From assembly GCA_963719515.1 (NCBI GenBank), contig CAVRCJ010000001.1:256001-320000 (forward strand): 64,000 nt of DNA, given 5' to 3'. The position numbers and the translations under genes were made by a program. The DNA comes from an uncultured cyanobacterium. GTDB lineage: Bacteria; Cyanobacteriota; Cyanobacteriia; CAKZMO01. Under the pieces are notes generated by a model, which saw nothing but the letters and a program-made list of their open reading frames with translations, had not been told where the DNA came from and did not search any database. Below, piece after piece: positions 8,233 through 17,942 of this stretch (position 1 is its first letter; the number at the start of each line of letters is the position of its first letter).

Positions 8233-11200
8233 ATGACTGACCCGTCTGACCAGAGTATCCGCATTAACGAAAGCGCTGTGGGTAGCGCCATTGTGTCTGG
8301 CAGCGGCAACACCGTCTATGTCATCCATCAAGCGCAGGCGCGGCAGCAAGACCCGGTGCAGTCTGATGGTGGTGCTGGGCGAGCGTCTACGCAAATTGGC
8401 CCTAACCCCTACAAAGGGCTATCCGCCTTTCAAGAGCAAGACGCCGATCGCTACTTTGGCCGGGAGGCGCAGGTGGCGCGGCTCTGGCAGCGGTTTCGTG
8501 AGCTGTATGAACAAGCCAATCGAGAGGATGCGCCGCCGCGATTTTTGCCTATTTTGGGGCCTTCGGGCTGCGGGAAGTCGTCTTTGGCGCGGGCGGGGCT
8601 GATACCGGAGCTGGCCCGGCAGGCGGGGCAGATCGCTAAGGAAACCCTGCGGGTGGCGGTGCTGGTGCCGGGAGAGTCGCCGCTGAAAGCCTTGGCCGGG
8701 GTGCTGGCGAGGCTGACGCAAGATGACCAGACGCCAGAGGTGATCAAGAAGCGCAGCTACGAAAAAGACCTACGAGAGTCTGCTGCTGAGGGACGGTATG
8801 ACTTTTTGCAGGACGTTGCCGAAACGCTATCCGATATCCACGTGACGCCGCTGGTGGTGCTGGTGGACCAGTTTGAGGAAATCTACTCGCTATGTAAAGA
8901 CGCCAGCGATCGCCATACCTTTATCGAAACGCTGCTGCAGGCGGCGAGCAGCGCCACGGGCTACGTCACCGTTGTCATTACCCTGCGCAGCGATTTTTTG
9001 GCCGAAACCCAGCGCCACCCGCAGCTGAACCAAATCATTGGCTCTGACCGCAGCGTGATTGTGCCTGCGATGTCGGAGGCGGAGCTGCGGCGGGCGATCG
9101 CCCAACCGGCGATTCAGGCGGGGCATCCGCTGGATGATGCCGTGGTGGATTTGTTGGTGAAGGATACGGAGGGGCGGGAGGGGGCGCTGCCGCTGCTGCA
9201 GTTTGCCCTGACGCGGATTTGGGAGGGGCTGGGAGACGGGAAGACGGCTGCGGAGACCTACCGGGAGATGGATGGGGTGGGCGGTGCCCTGGCGGGGAAG
9301 GCGCAGGAGATTTATGACCGGCTGCCGGAGGCGGAGCAGGCGATCGCCCGACGGGTGTTTGTGGGACTGGTGCAGCTGGGGGAGGGGACGCGGGATACGC
9401 GGCGGCGGGCAGAGGTGGAAACGCTGATGACCAGTCGCGATAAGCCGGAGGCAGTGAAGCAGGTGATTGGTCAGTTTTCGTCGCCGGGGGCGCGGCTGGT
9501 GACGCTGTCGGGGGAGGAGGGCCAGGGCGTTGCTGAGGTGACCCATGAGGCGCTGTTTGACCATTGGCAATTGCTGAATGACTGGCTGGATGCTAACCGC
9601 GACGATATCCGCTTTCAGCGGCGACTGGAGGCAGCAGCGGGGTATTGGGAGAAGCAGGGAAGGCCGGATGGGCTGCTGTGGCGGCCTCCAGATTTGGATT
9701 TGCTGCGGGGTTTTGCGCAGAAGGCGCAGCTAGACATGACCCCGCTGGCGACTGACTTCTATGAGGCGGCAGATGCGGCTGAGCGGCAAGAAAAGCGGCG
9801 GCGACGGTTGAACCTCTATGGGTTGAGGGCTGGCTTAGTTGTTATGACAGTCCTCACCAGCTTTGCTGGATTCAAAGTCAACCAGGCTGGGCGCAGGCAA
9901 ATGCAATATTACGCTGAGAGGGCAGAGAATCTCGGCAGTTCTGACCCACTCCGTAGCCTTGTCAATGGCTTAGCCGCCATCCAGCTCAGTCGTTCAACCC
10001 TTCTTAAAGCCCCGTTTGTCTGGCAGTCTTCGCGTTTCACCTCAGCCATTCTAGATATACCCAACCGAACAAAGCGCTTTGGTTATGGAATGGGCCATTC
10101 ATCTCGGGTTCGTTCAGTTGCCATCAGCACCGACGGCCAGACCATCGTCAGCGGTAGCGATGATGATACGGTGCGGCTGTGGGACCGGCAGGGCAACCCC
10201 ATCGGCCAGCCCTTCAGCCATTCATCTCGGGTTAATTCAGTTGCCATCAGCACCGATGGCCAGACCATCGTCAGCGGTAGCGTTGATGGGACGGTGCGGC
10301 TGTGGGACCGGCAGGGCAACCCCATCGGCCAGCCCTTCGAGGGCCATTCATCTTGGGTTAATTCAGTTGCCATCAGCACCGATGGACAGACCATCGTCAG
10401 CGGTAGCTTTGATAATACGGTGCGGCTATGGGATCGGCAGGGCAACCCCATCGGCCAGCCATTCGAGGGCCATTCATCTGAGGTTAATTCAGTTGCCATC
10501 AGCGCCGATGGCCAGACTATCGTCAGCGGTAGCCGTGATAGAACAGTGCGGCTGTGGGACCGGCAGGGCAACCCCATCGGCCAGCCCTTCGAGGGCCATT
10601 CATCTTCGGTTAATTCAGTTGCCATCAGCACCGATGGCCAGACCATCGTCAGCGGTAGCTCTGATAATACGGTGCGGCTGTGGGACCGGCAGGGCAACCC
10701 CATCGGCCAGCCTTTCAGGCATTTAGATTCGGTTTATTCAGTTGCCATCAGCAACGACGGCCAGACCATTGTCAGCGGTGGCCTTGATAGAACAGTGCGG
10801 TTGTGGGACCGGCAGGGTAACCCCATCGGCCAGCCTTTCGAGGGACATTCATCTTTGGTTAATTCAGTTGCCATCAGCAATGACGGTCAGACCATTGTCA
10901 GTGGTAGCAGTGATGATACTGTGCGGCTGTGGAACCGGCAGGGTAACCCCATCGACCGGCCTTTTGAAGGTCATTTAGATTCGGTTTTGTCAGTTGCCAT
11001 CAGCAACGACGGTCAGACCGTCGTCAGCGGCAGCAGTGATAGAACGGTGCGGCTGTGGGACCGGCAGGGCAGCCCCATCGGTCAGCTGCTTGAGGGACAT
11101 TCAGATTCAGTTAGTTCAGTTGCCATCAGCAACGACGGCCAGACCGTCGTCAGTGGTAGTGTGAATGGAACGGTACGGCTGTGGGACCGGCAGGGCAGCC

Positions 11201-11943
11201 CCATCGGCCAGCCTTTCAGCCATTCGGATTATGTTCATTCAGTTGCCATCAGCAACGACGGTCAGACTATCGTCAGCGGTAGCACTGACAGAACGGTACG
11301 GCTATGGGACCGGCAGGGCAATCCCATTAGCCAGCCTTTTGAAGGCCATTCATCTTCGGTTTTGTCAGTCGCCATCAGCAACGACGGTCAGACTATCGTC
11401 AGCGGTAGCATTGATAATACGGTGCGGCTATGGGATCGGCAGGGTAGCCCCATCGGCCAGCCTTTCAGTCATTCAGATTCGGTTTATTCAGTTGCCATCA
11501 GCAACGACGGTCGGACCATTGTCAGCGGTAGCTTTGATAGAACGGTACGGCTGTGGGACCGGCAGGGTAACCCCATCGGCCAGCCTTTTGAAGGCCATTT
11601 ATCTCGGATTAGGTCAGTTGCCATCAGCACCGACGGCCAGACCATCGTCAGCGGTAGCATTGATAATACGGTGCGGCTGTGGGACCGGCAGGGTAACCCC
11701 ATAGGCCAGCCGCTCAAGGGTCATTCATCTTCGGTTATGTCAGTCGCCATCAGCACCGACGGCCAGACCATTGTCAGCGGTAGCTTTGACAAGACGGTGC
11801 GGCTGTGGCCTATATGGCTATCAAGTGGCTGGATTCCCTACACCTGCGATCGCCTCAAAGGATACCTGTTAGTCGTTGGCCAAACCGACGATGACGCCGC
11901 CCGCGAAGCCCTCCGAGCCTGCCGCCGCTACGCCTGGAAATAG
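8233..11943 (+). CDS. STAND NTPase (nSTAND1-like) with TM helix and 14 WD40 repeats
   Basis: NPYKGL..F, GPSGCGKSS, VLVDQFEE and ALPLLQFAL motifs; WD40 repeats. Confidence 0.92.
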   Translation: MTDPSDQSIRINESAVGSAIVSGSGNTVYVIHQAQARQQDPVQSDGGAGRASTQIGPNPYKGLSAFQEQDADRYFGREAQVARLWQRFRELYEQANREDAPPRFLPILGPSGCGKSSLARAGLIPELARQAGQIAKETLRVAVLVPGESPLKALAGVLARLTQDDQTPEVIKKRSYEKDLRESAAEGRYDFLQDVAETLSDIHVTPLVVLVDQFEEIYSLCKDASDRHTFIETLLQAASSATGYVTVVITLRSDFLAETQRHPQLNQIIGSDRSVIVPAMSEAELRRAIAQPAIQAGHPLDDAVVDLLVKDTEGREGALPLLQFALTRIWEGLGDGKTAAETYREMDGVGGALAGKAQEIYDRLPEAEQAIARRVFVGLVQLGEGTRDTRRRAEVETLMTSRDKPEAVKQVIGQFSSPGARLVTLSGEEGQGVAEVTHEALFDHWQLLNDWLDANRDDIRFQRRLEAAAGYWEKQGRPDGLLWRPPDLDLLRGFAQKAQLDMTPLATDFYEAADAAERQEKRRRRLNLYGLRAGLVVMTVLTSFAGFKVNQAGRRQMQYYAERAENLGSSDPLRSLVNGLAAIQLSRSTLLKAPFVWQSSRFTSAILDIPNRTKRFGYGMGHSSRVRSVAISTDGQTIVSGSDDDTVRLWDRQGNPIGQPFSHSSRVNSVAISTDGQTIVSGSVDGTVRLWDRQGNPIGQPFEGHSSWVNSVAISTDGQTIVSGSFDNTVRLWDRQGNPIGQPFEGHSSEVNSVAISADGQTIVSGSRDRTVRLWDRQGNPIGQPFEGHSSSVNSVAISTDGQTIVSGSSDNTVRLWDRQGNPIGQPFRHLDSVYSVAISNDGQTIVSGGLDRTVRLWDRQGNPIGQPFEGHSSLVNSVAISNDGQTIVSGSSDDTVRLWNRQGNPIDRPFEGHLDSVLSVAISNDGQTVVSGSSDRTVRLWDRQGSPIGQLLEGHSDSVSSVAISNDGQTVVSGSVNGTVRLWDRQGSPIGQPFSHSDYVHSVAISNDGQTIVSGSTDRTVRLWDRQGNPISQPFEGHSSSVLSVAISNDGQTIVSGSIDNTVRLWDRQGSPIGQPFSHSDSVYSVAISNDGRTIVSGSFDRTVRLWDRQGNPIGQPFEGHLSRIRSVAISTDGQTIVSGSIDNTVRLWDRQGNPIGQPLKGHSSSVMSVAISTDGQTIVSGSFDKTVRLWPIWLSSGWIPYTCDRLKGYLLVVGQTDDDAAREALRACRRYAWK
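10093..11810 (+). repeat. 14 highly similar WD40-coding repeats of 123-126 bp
   Basis: Near-identical DNA scaffold with variable codons at fixed positions. Confidence 0.95.
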
Positions 11944-12153
11944 CGATGCGCCGATATGGGCAAACTGGCGATCGCGGCAACTACTTAATAAGAACACAGG
12001 ACAGAATCAATCTCGCCTAACCCAAACGGTAAGCGCCTTGCGCCAAGGGCGATCGCGATCGCTAAAATCTAAAGAAAGGTAAGGCCAAGCTTGCAGGCAA
12101 AATCAGTGCATTCCAGGGTCTAGACCCCATCGCTTGGCAGCAGCAAATTAGAG

Positions 12154-12262
12154 GTGAATGGGATGACACCAGACTATCTGATTGATACCAACATCCTAAT
12201 TTTGCTGTTCAACAACCAGCTCACCGAACCAATCCCCGCCGGAGAGCTAGCCTACTCAATCA
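12154..12262 (+). pseudogene. PIN toxin N-terminal fragment
   Basis: YLIDTNILI...YSIIS, then similarity ends. Confidence 0.5.
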
Positions 12263-12277
12263 TTTCTCCCCGCTCCT

Positions 12278-12853
12278 ATGGTTGCCACCCAAAACTCTCC
12301 CCAGCTCACCCCCAACGAATACCTCGCCTGGGAACCCCAACAGTCTCAAAACTACGAATACATCGACGGCCAAGTCTACGCCATGGGCGGCGGTAGCGTT
12401 AACCACAGCCGCATCGCCGTCCGCCTCACCGCCCTCCTCGACAACCATCTAGCAACCACCGACTGCATCACCGGCAACTCAGACCTGAAAGTCAACATCG
12501 CCGAAACAGACAACTACACCTACCCCGACCTCAGCGTCACCTGCGACAAGCGAGACCAGGCCACTACGCAATACATCACCTATCCCTGCCTAATCATCGA
12601 AGTGCTCTCAGAGAGCACCGAAGCCTATGACCGAGGTGGAAAGTTCCGCCTCTACCGCAAAAATCCGGTTCTGCAAGATTATCTCTTGGTTAGCTCCACC
12701 CGCATCGAAATCGACCTTTATCATCAAAACGAAGCAGGCCAGTGGATTATCCTCAACTACCAGCCTGGCGACACTGTCGAACTCAAAAGTATCCAGCTCA
12801 GCTTCCCTATTGAGCAAATTTATCGTGATCTCGCCCTTGCCACAGATAAATGA
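12278..12853 (+). CDS. Uma2-family endonuclease
   Basis: EYIDGQVYAM, YPDLSVTCD, LIIEVLSESTEAYDRG.KF. Confidence 0.9.
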   Translation: MVATQNSPQLTPNEYLAWEPQQSQNYEYIDGQVYAMGGGSVNHSRIAVRLTALLDNHLATTDCITGNSDLKVNIAETDNYTYPDLSVTCDKRDQATTQYITYPCLIIEVLSESTEAYDRGGKFRLYRKNPVLQDYLLVSSTRIEIDLYHQNEAGQWIILNYQPGDTVELKSIQLSFPIEQIYRDLALATDK

Positions 12854-13072
12854 TACCGCTGGCGAAATATTTTGTAATCGAGTTGCACGCTTTCGAGGCC
12901 CCCTAACCCCCAATTCTGGGGGAACCGGAGCAGTGGCCATACTATTCGCGGCTATTGCCTTTAAGGAGTTCTAACCTCTCTGAAGTCCTCTCAATTGGGG
13001 GATTGAGGGGGCCTTCTCCGGGGCAGGAAATAGCCGAGATGTAACAAGACATGAAATTCGCCAGCGGTATCA
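12851..13072. mobile_element. MITE-like element with internal REP-like palindromes
   Basis: 16-bp perfect IR TGATACCGCTGGCGAA / TTCGCCAGCGGTATCA; internal CCCCCAATTCTGGGGG. Confidence 0.65.
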
Positions 13073-13192
13073 ATAAATGATAGAAGAGGCTGCTTTACAA
13101 GTCTCCCTGTAGAATAGTGAAGCTTTTCAAACGCCCTCTAAGCGAATCTTGCCGAACTGAAGCGATTTTCGCCATCTTACTGGCTGAAGCAA

Positions 13193-14467
13193 ATGCAAAA
13201 GATCGTCATTGTCGGCGCTGGCCCAGCGGGACTCTTGCTCGCCCACTATCTTCTAGCGCGGGGCCGCTACCACATCGAGCTCTACGATCGCCGCCCCGAT
13301 CCCAGGCAGGTCGACTTATCCAGCCAGCGCACCTACCCAATCTCGCTGCAGCTACGCGGCATGACGGCGATTCGCGCCATCCCTGGGCTAGAAGACCGGC
13401 TTACCGAGCGCGGCGTTTGGTCCCAGGGCTCACTGATGCACCGCAAATCCGGCGCGCCGCGAAAGATAAACCGCAAGACGCCGCTGCTGCTGATCGACCG
13501 CAACCAGCTGGTCTTGGCCTTGCTGCGATCGCTACTAGAAACTTACGACGACGGCAGCGTAGCCATTCGGTTCGACTGTCCCTGCACCGCCGTCGACCTC
13601 AAGGCCCAGAGCGTCACCTTCCAGCCAGCAGGCCCTCCCGTCACGACCCGTTTCGATCGCCTCGTCGGGGCAGATGGGGTGCGATCGCAGGTGCGCGACG
13701 CGCTGGTAGCGGCGGGCAAACTGCAGTGCGAGCAGGCGCTAATCCCCGACGCCTACCGCTCCCTGTTTGTCCGTAGGACCAGTTCTGATAAAGCTTTGGC
13801 GGAAGACCGGGTTCACGCCTGGTTCATGGGGCAGGACACCCGGACGGTGATGGCCCCTCAGCTCGACGGCTGGCTGCACGGAACCTTTGTCTTTCCCCGC
13901 GATCGCGATCCTTTGGCATCTTTCGAGACCGCAGAGGCGGTCCTTGCCTACTTTCAAGCGGCCTGCCCCAGCCTAGGACAGCTGATGACCCTTGAGGAGG
14001 CCGACGCTCTTCGGCAGCGGCCCGCGTCAACCATCACGACGGTGCGCTGCGATCGCATGCATGTGGGCGATCGCGCGCTGCTCATTGGCGACGCGGTCCA
14101 CGCCGTTTCTCCTGCCATTGGACAGGGCTGCAACGCCTCGCTACAGGACGCCATGGTGTTCGCACAGATGCTAGAGCGCTACGACGACGATTGGCGTCAG
14201 GCGCTACCGGCGTTTACCGCCCAGCGACTGCCTGATGTTCATGCGCTGCGGGAGCTGTCGGACTACAGCTTCCCTCGCTCGGCTCGCCTCAGGGTGGAGT
14301 TCATTTTGCGCCTCACGTTGGGAAAGCTGCTGCGCCGACGGCTCCCGCAGTTTGCTAAGCCGTGGCTGAAGCCGTTGCCCATGGAGCTAGTCATGGACAG
14401 CGACCTTTCTTACGCTACGGTTCTTGGGCGAACCCAGGGCTGGATTGAGCGGGTGAAGCGGGCTTAG
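13193..14467 (+). CDS. FAD-dependent monooxygenase (kynurenine 3-monooxygenase-like)
   Basis: GAGPAG, VGADG and LIGDAVH...GQG.N motifs. Confidence 0.85.
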   Translation: MQKIVIVGAGPAGLLLAHYLLARGRYHIELYDRRPDPRQVDLSSQRTYPISLQLRGMTAIRAIPGLEDRLTERGVWSQGSLMHRKSGAPRKINRKTPLLLIDRNQLVLALLRSLLETYDDGSVAIRFDCPCTAVDLKAQSVTFQPAGPPVTTRFDRLVGADGVRSQVRDALVAAGKLQCEQALIPDAYRSLFVRRTSSDKALAEDRVHAWFMGQDTRTVMAPQLDGWLHGTFVFPRDRDPLASFETAEAVLAYFQAACPSLGQLMTLEEADALRQRPASTITTVRCDRMHVGDRALLIGDAVHAVSPAIGQGCNASLQDAMVFAQMLERYDDDWRQALPAFTAQRLPDVHALRELSDYSFPRSARLRVEFILRLTLGKLLRRRLPQFAKPWLKPLPMELVMDSDLSYATVLGRTQGWIERVKRA

Positions 14468-14826
14468 GCGAGGGGGGATGTGACCGACCATGGGTTGGCT
14501 ACAGCTCGGGTCGCGTGAGCGTTACCGGGCCGCATGAAGTGATTGTGGTTTGCAGTGGCGGTCAGGTGGATTCTCTAGGCACGATGGATTTGGGATTTCC
14601 GCTGGGTTTGGATTCGGAACGCTCTGAATCTCGATGATGAATCGGTATCAACTCGTAGAATGTATTCCGCTAGGGGTGGCTTGAGGTGAGATGCCTCGGT
14701 AGCGAGCTCCTGTTCTAGCTGTGGGGGCAAATCCAAAGTGATGTTCACGGCCATGCTCTCCTGCGACAGCTCTATTCTATTACTGCGCAAATTTCTGCGG
14801 GCTGACCTATGCAGAAGGAGGCTACC

Positions 14827-14912
14827 GCACAACGGTGAAGTGCAGCGGCGGCAGGCAAGCTTGAACGCTCACCGATAACCTCTGTACCGTCCGCACCAAC
14901 GAAGTGTTAGGT
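14827..14912 (-). other. attC site
   Basis: Minus ACCTAAC-ACTTC-GTTGGTGCGGACGG...CCGCCGCTGCAC-TTCACC-GTTGTGC, just after the HEPN stop. Confidence 0.85.
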
Positions 14913-14917
14913 GGCTG

Positions 14918-16693
14918 CTATTGATCTCGGTAACTTTTCGCATAATACAGACAACCAATAAGACTACTTGCTCCTTCTGCAGCTGCTAAACACTCATAGC
15001 CTGTTTCATCCTGCGTAAAGTGTAGTTCAACTTTATTGACAAAGGTTCGCAAACCAAGCAGAGCTTCTTCAATCTTTTCTTTAGTAATACTCAATAATGG
15101 TTCTGGATGATCTTGAAAACAAGTTTTTAGATCTGTATGAGCAACCCGACGGTTCCTATGCTTTCTTGCAAAGTCGCAGCTATTCTTTATGATCTCTAGC
15201 GTTTCTACCAACTCTGCTTTCAGTTGAACCAATGATATAGCAATCCTGTTTGATTTATGGAAAGGAGCCATACCTGTGCAGTTTGGGGAAATCGAAAGTA
15301 TCCAACCTGAAGAACTGCTCAAACAGGGCTTTGAGTGCCGGAAACGATGGACACAACCCAGACATCCGCCTAAGCCAGGTCTTGCCTTGAAGCCAAGCAT
15401 CTTCAATCGGGTTCTGAGTCGGGTCATTGGGGGCAAAACGAACACAGTGAATCTTCCATTCTTCTTGCGTAAGCCCCTCGTTCACCTGGGCTAGATACTC
15501 CTTAAGCTCGCCAGAGCGATGATAGCTGGCCCCATCCCAAAGAATGAGTAACCGCTGGTGGGGAAACTGAGCTTGTAAAGACTTCAGGTAAGCAATGGTA
15601 CAAGCGGTGTTGCCCTTCTCATGCGCTTCGATAAATAACCGCTTGCTCACTAGGTCCACTGCCCCGTAGTAGGTTTGGCGCTCTCGCTCATTGACAACCG
15701 GCACTACCACCCGCTCATCAGTTCGCCCCCAAACATATCCTTGTAGGTCACCGCTCAGAAGGTGACACTCATCAAAGAACAGCACCCTCAGCTGCCCTTT
15801 GGCAATCGCCTCGCGGTAGAGCGCCAGCAGAGCGCAGATTTCGGCTTTTTTGCTGCCACCGCCTTAGCGTCCGCCTTGGGGTTGACCTTGCCGCTCTTCT
15901 TCCAGCTGATGCCAGCAGCCTCAAACAGGTCGTAGTAGCTTTGCTTCGACTCGTAGGCCACATCGTACACCTCAGCCAAGTGGTGCTCCAATTCGCTCAA
16001 CTCCCAAATCGCCTTTTGCTGTAACCAGCTCAGCACCGCTGCCTTCTGCTGGGTCTCTAGATAGCTTTTTCGGCCCTTGTGCTGGGGCTTAAAGCCAGCT
16101 ACGCCCCAGCTTTCGTAAGCTTGTTTCCAGTTGCTCACGGCTCCCATCGATACATCGAGTATCCCGACGATCGCCTCATACCTATAGCCTTGGTAGAACA
16201 GCTTCACCGCTAGTGCCTTTTTCACTTGCCTGCCATCTCGTTGTTGACGGATGAAGGCTTTGAGCTCCTCCACTGCAGCAGTTTTATTAGGTTTAGCGGG
16301 TGTCGTTAGCATTGCTCAGGGCCTCTCAGTATCAGCGCTTTAGTCTCCTCCGTAATTATACTGGCCCTACTTCACGAATCACCTCGGATTGCTATAGGTC
16401 AACACTATCTAGTATTCTCGCTAAGGTTAAATTTTCTTTGTTGCCAGCTTTTGAAGAATCAGTTAAACGGCTAATTGACAAATTGACAAGATGATGTCAT
16501 TCAAGAATACAGACTGACAAATACCAAAAAAAGTGGGGGCAGACTCATTTAGCAAATCAACTATTTCTTCATCTTCATATAATTGAGAAAACAAGAGCCA
16601 TTTTAGATGTAGTTCTCCAAGCTCTTCCGAAATAGCTTGAAGCAATTCGTCTATTTTCTGTGTCATTTTCTCAGCCTTTCGTCTTAAGATCAT
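14918..16693 (-). pseudogene. HEPN-domain (AbiU2-like) gene broken by IS630 and an 8-bp duplication
   Basis: Removing both lesions restores ...DIILSISRLTD...NLTL...VDLSLVQL...RKHRNRRVAHTD (R-x5-H). Confidence 0.8.
15238..16394 (-). mobile_element. IS630-family element, two-ORF transposase
   Basis: Ends TAGCAATCC / GGATTGCTA with TA duplication; FFDECH, ILWDGASYH, NPIE motifs; AAAAAAG slippery site at ~15845-15851. Confidence 0.92.
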
Positions 16694-17547
16694 AGACCCA
16701 TTTGTCGAATGTAATTTTGATCAGGATAAACATCTGGCTGTCCCATCCTTACAACTCTATAAAATGCTTCATGAACTATTGCTGGAGGTTTATCATCAAA
16801 GCAATCACCAAAAGGAATTGGAAATCCATCAGGGTGTATTTCAATATCTTCCATGAAGCCAATCATTTTGCCATACTGCCAACAATCAATGATACTAATT
16901 ATTGAGAGTTCAGGCTCAAAGAGAGATAGTTGTTCGGAGCTAGATGTAAGCTTTGGTGAACCAATGATAACAACTCTATCGCCAGGATATGTGATTGTGA
17001 CTTCACTGAGAGAGCCTGGAATGCAAGAATCATTTGCTAACTTAATTAAGCTTGAAGGATCATCTTCAGATCTAGTCGTAAGTAGTATATGATCTCGAGC
17101 CTTGCAACCCCAAAAATTAATAGGTTTAGGTTTATCAGCCAACCAATTTTCATATCTAAACAGGAGAATAATTCCTTTTGAATAGCAAGTCCATCGGAAT
17201 GTAGTGTTTACATCCAACCTATGAATTCCTGCATGAATTGAGGTTGCGCTTTTGTCAAATTCTTCATAGACAACTTCTTCGACAGCCGATATTGCTTCTT
17301 GCAGAGGTATCACAAAAAATTCTCGATTAGCCTTATATCGATACTTCTTTAATTTTTGATGAATTAATTTTTCAGCTAAAACACAATCAGGGACATCTCT
17401 TTCGTAACAAATGCTAAATTGTTCAGGCAATCCTGTTGTAAACAACTCTTTTACCCTTTCCCGCACATTCCGCTCTGTTCTCCCGATCTTAAGCATGTTC
17501 TCAGGTAGTACAGAATTTTGCAGAATGTAAACAGAACCCGCAGACAT
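16690..17547 (-). CDS. GIY-YIG (T5orf172-like) domain protein
   Basis: GSVYIL.N...LKIGRT...ERVKEL...AEKLIH..L..YR....REFF. Confidence 0.85.
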   Translation of the reverse strand: MSAGSVYILQNSVLPENMLKIGRTERNVRERVKELFTTGLPEQFSICYERDVPDCVLAEKLIHQKLKKYRYKANREFFVIPLQEAISAVEEVVYEEFDKSATSIHAGIHRLDVNTTFRWTCYSKGIILLFRYENWLADKPKPINFWGCKARDHILLTTRSEDDPSSLIKLANDSCIPGSLSEVTITYPGDRVVIIGSPKLTSSSEQLSLFEPELSIISIIDCWQYGKMIGFMEDIEIHPDGFPIPFGDCFDDKPPAIVHEAFYRVVRMGQPDVYPDQNYIRQMGL

Positions 17548-17700
17548 TGAATGCAGCCTCTTTTATGAACTGTGCTGGAGAACTCAGAGATACATCAATA
17601 TATTTCCCAATTGAACGGATTCAGGAACAAGTCTTCAAATTATTCAACGTTTAAAGCTTACAGACAAGTTTCAAGGATGCCCTTGCCGAGGATTGAAGCC

Positions 17701-17785
17701 ACCTAACGTTGAAGCTGAGCGGCGGCCAATATTTTTGCACCGAGCCTGGATTGTAGATTCCGTCCGCTCCTGCATGAGGTTAGGC
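17701..17785 (-). other. attC site
   Basis: Minus GCCTAAC...GCAGGAGCGGACGG...CCGCCGCTCAGC-TTCAAC-GTTAGGT. Confidence 0.85.
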
Positions 17786-17942
17786 TGCCGAATTGGATAT
17801 GTTGTCGGTGTCCGCATCAGGGACTATGTTAGGCTAAAAACACTTGCTTCAAGAACTCATAAGCATGTTGCGTTCTCAAAAATCTATCGATGCGGTAGTA
17901 AGAGCTACTGTAGGGAACGCAACCTACAAGATTGGCAGGCGC

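Noticed and set aside
10093..11810. Diversity-generating retroelement acting on the WD40 repeats
   Set aside because: No RT or template repeat seen, and the variation is not limited to adenines.
3400..14820. Further attC sites extending the array leftward
   Set aside because: I found no convincing inverse core for the cassette starting at 14833. Only an antitoxin-like stub (~14650-14754) follows, and degenerate sites could have been missed.
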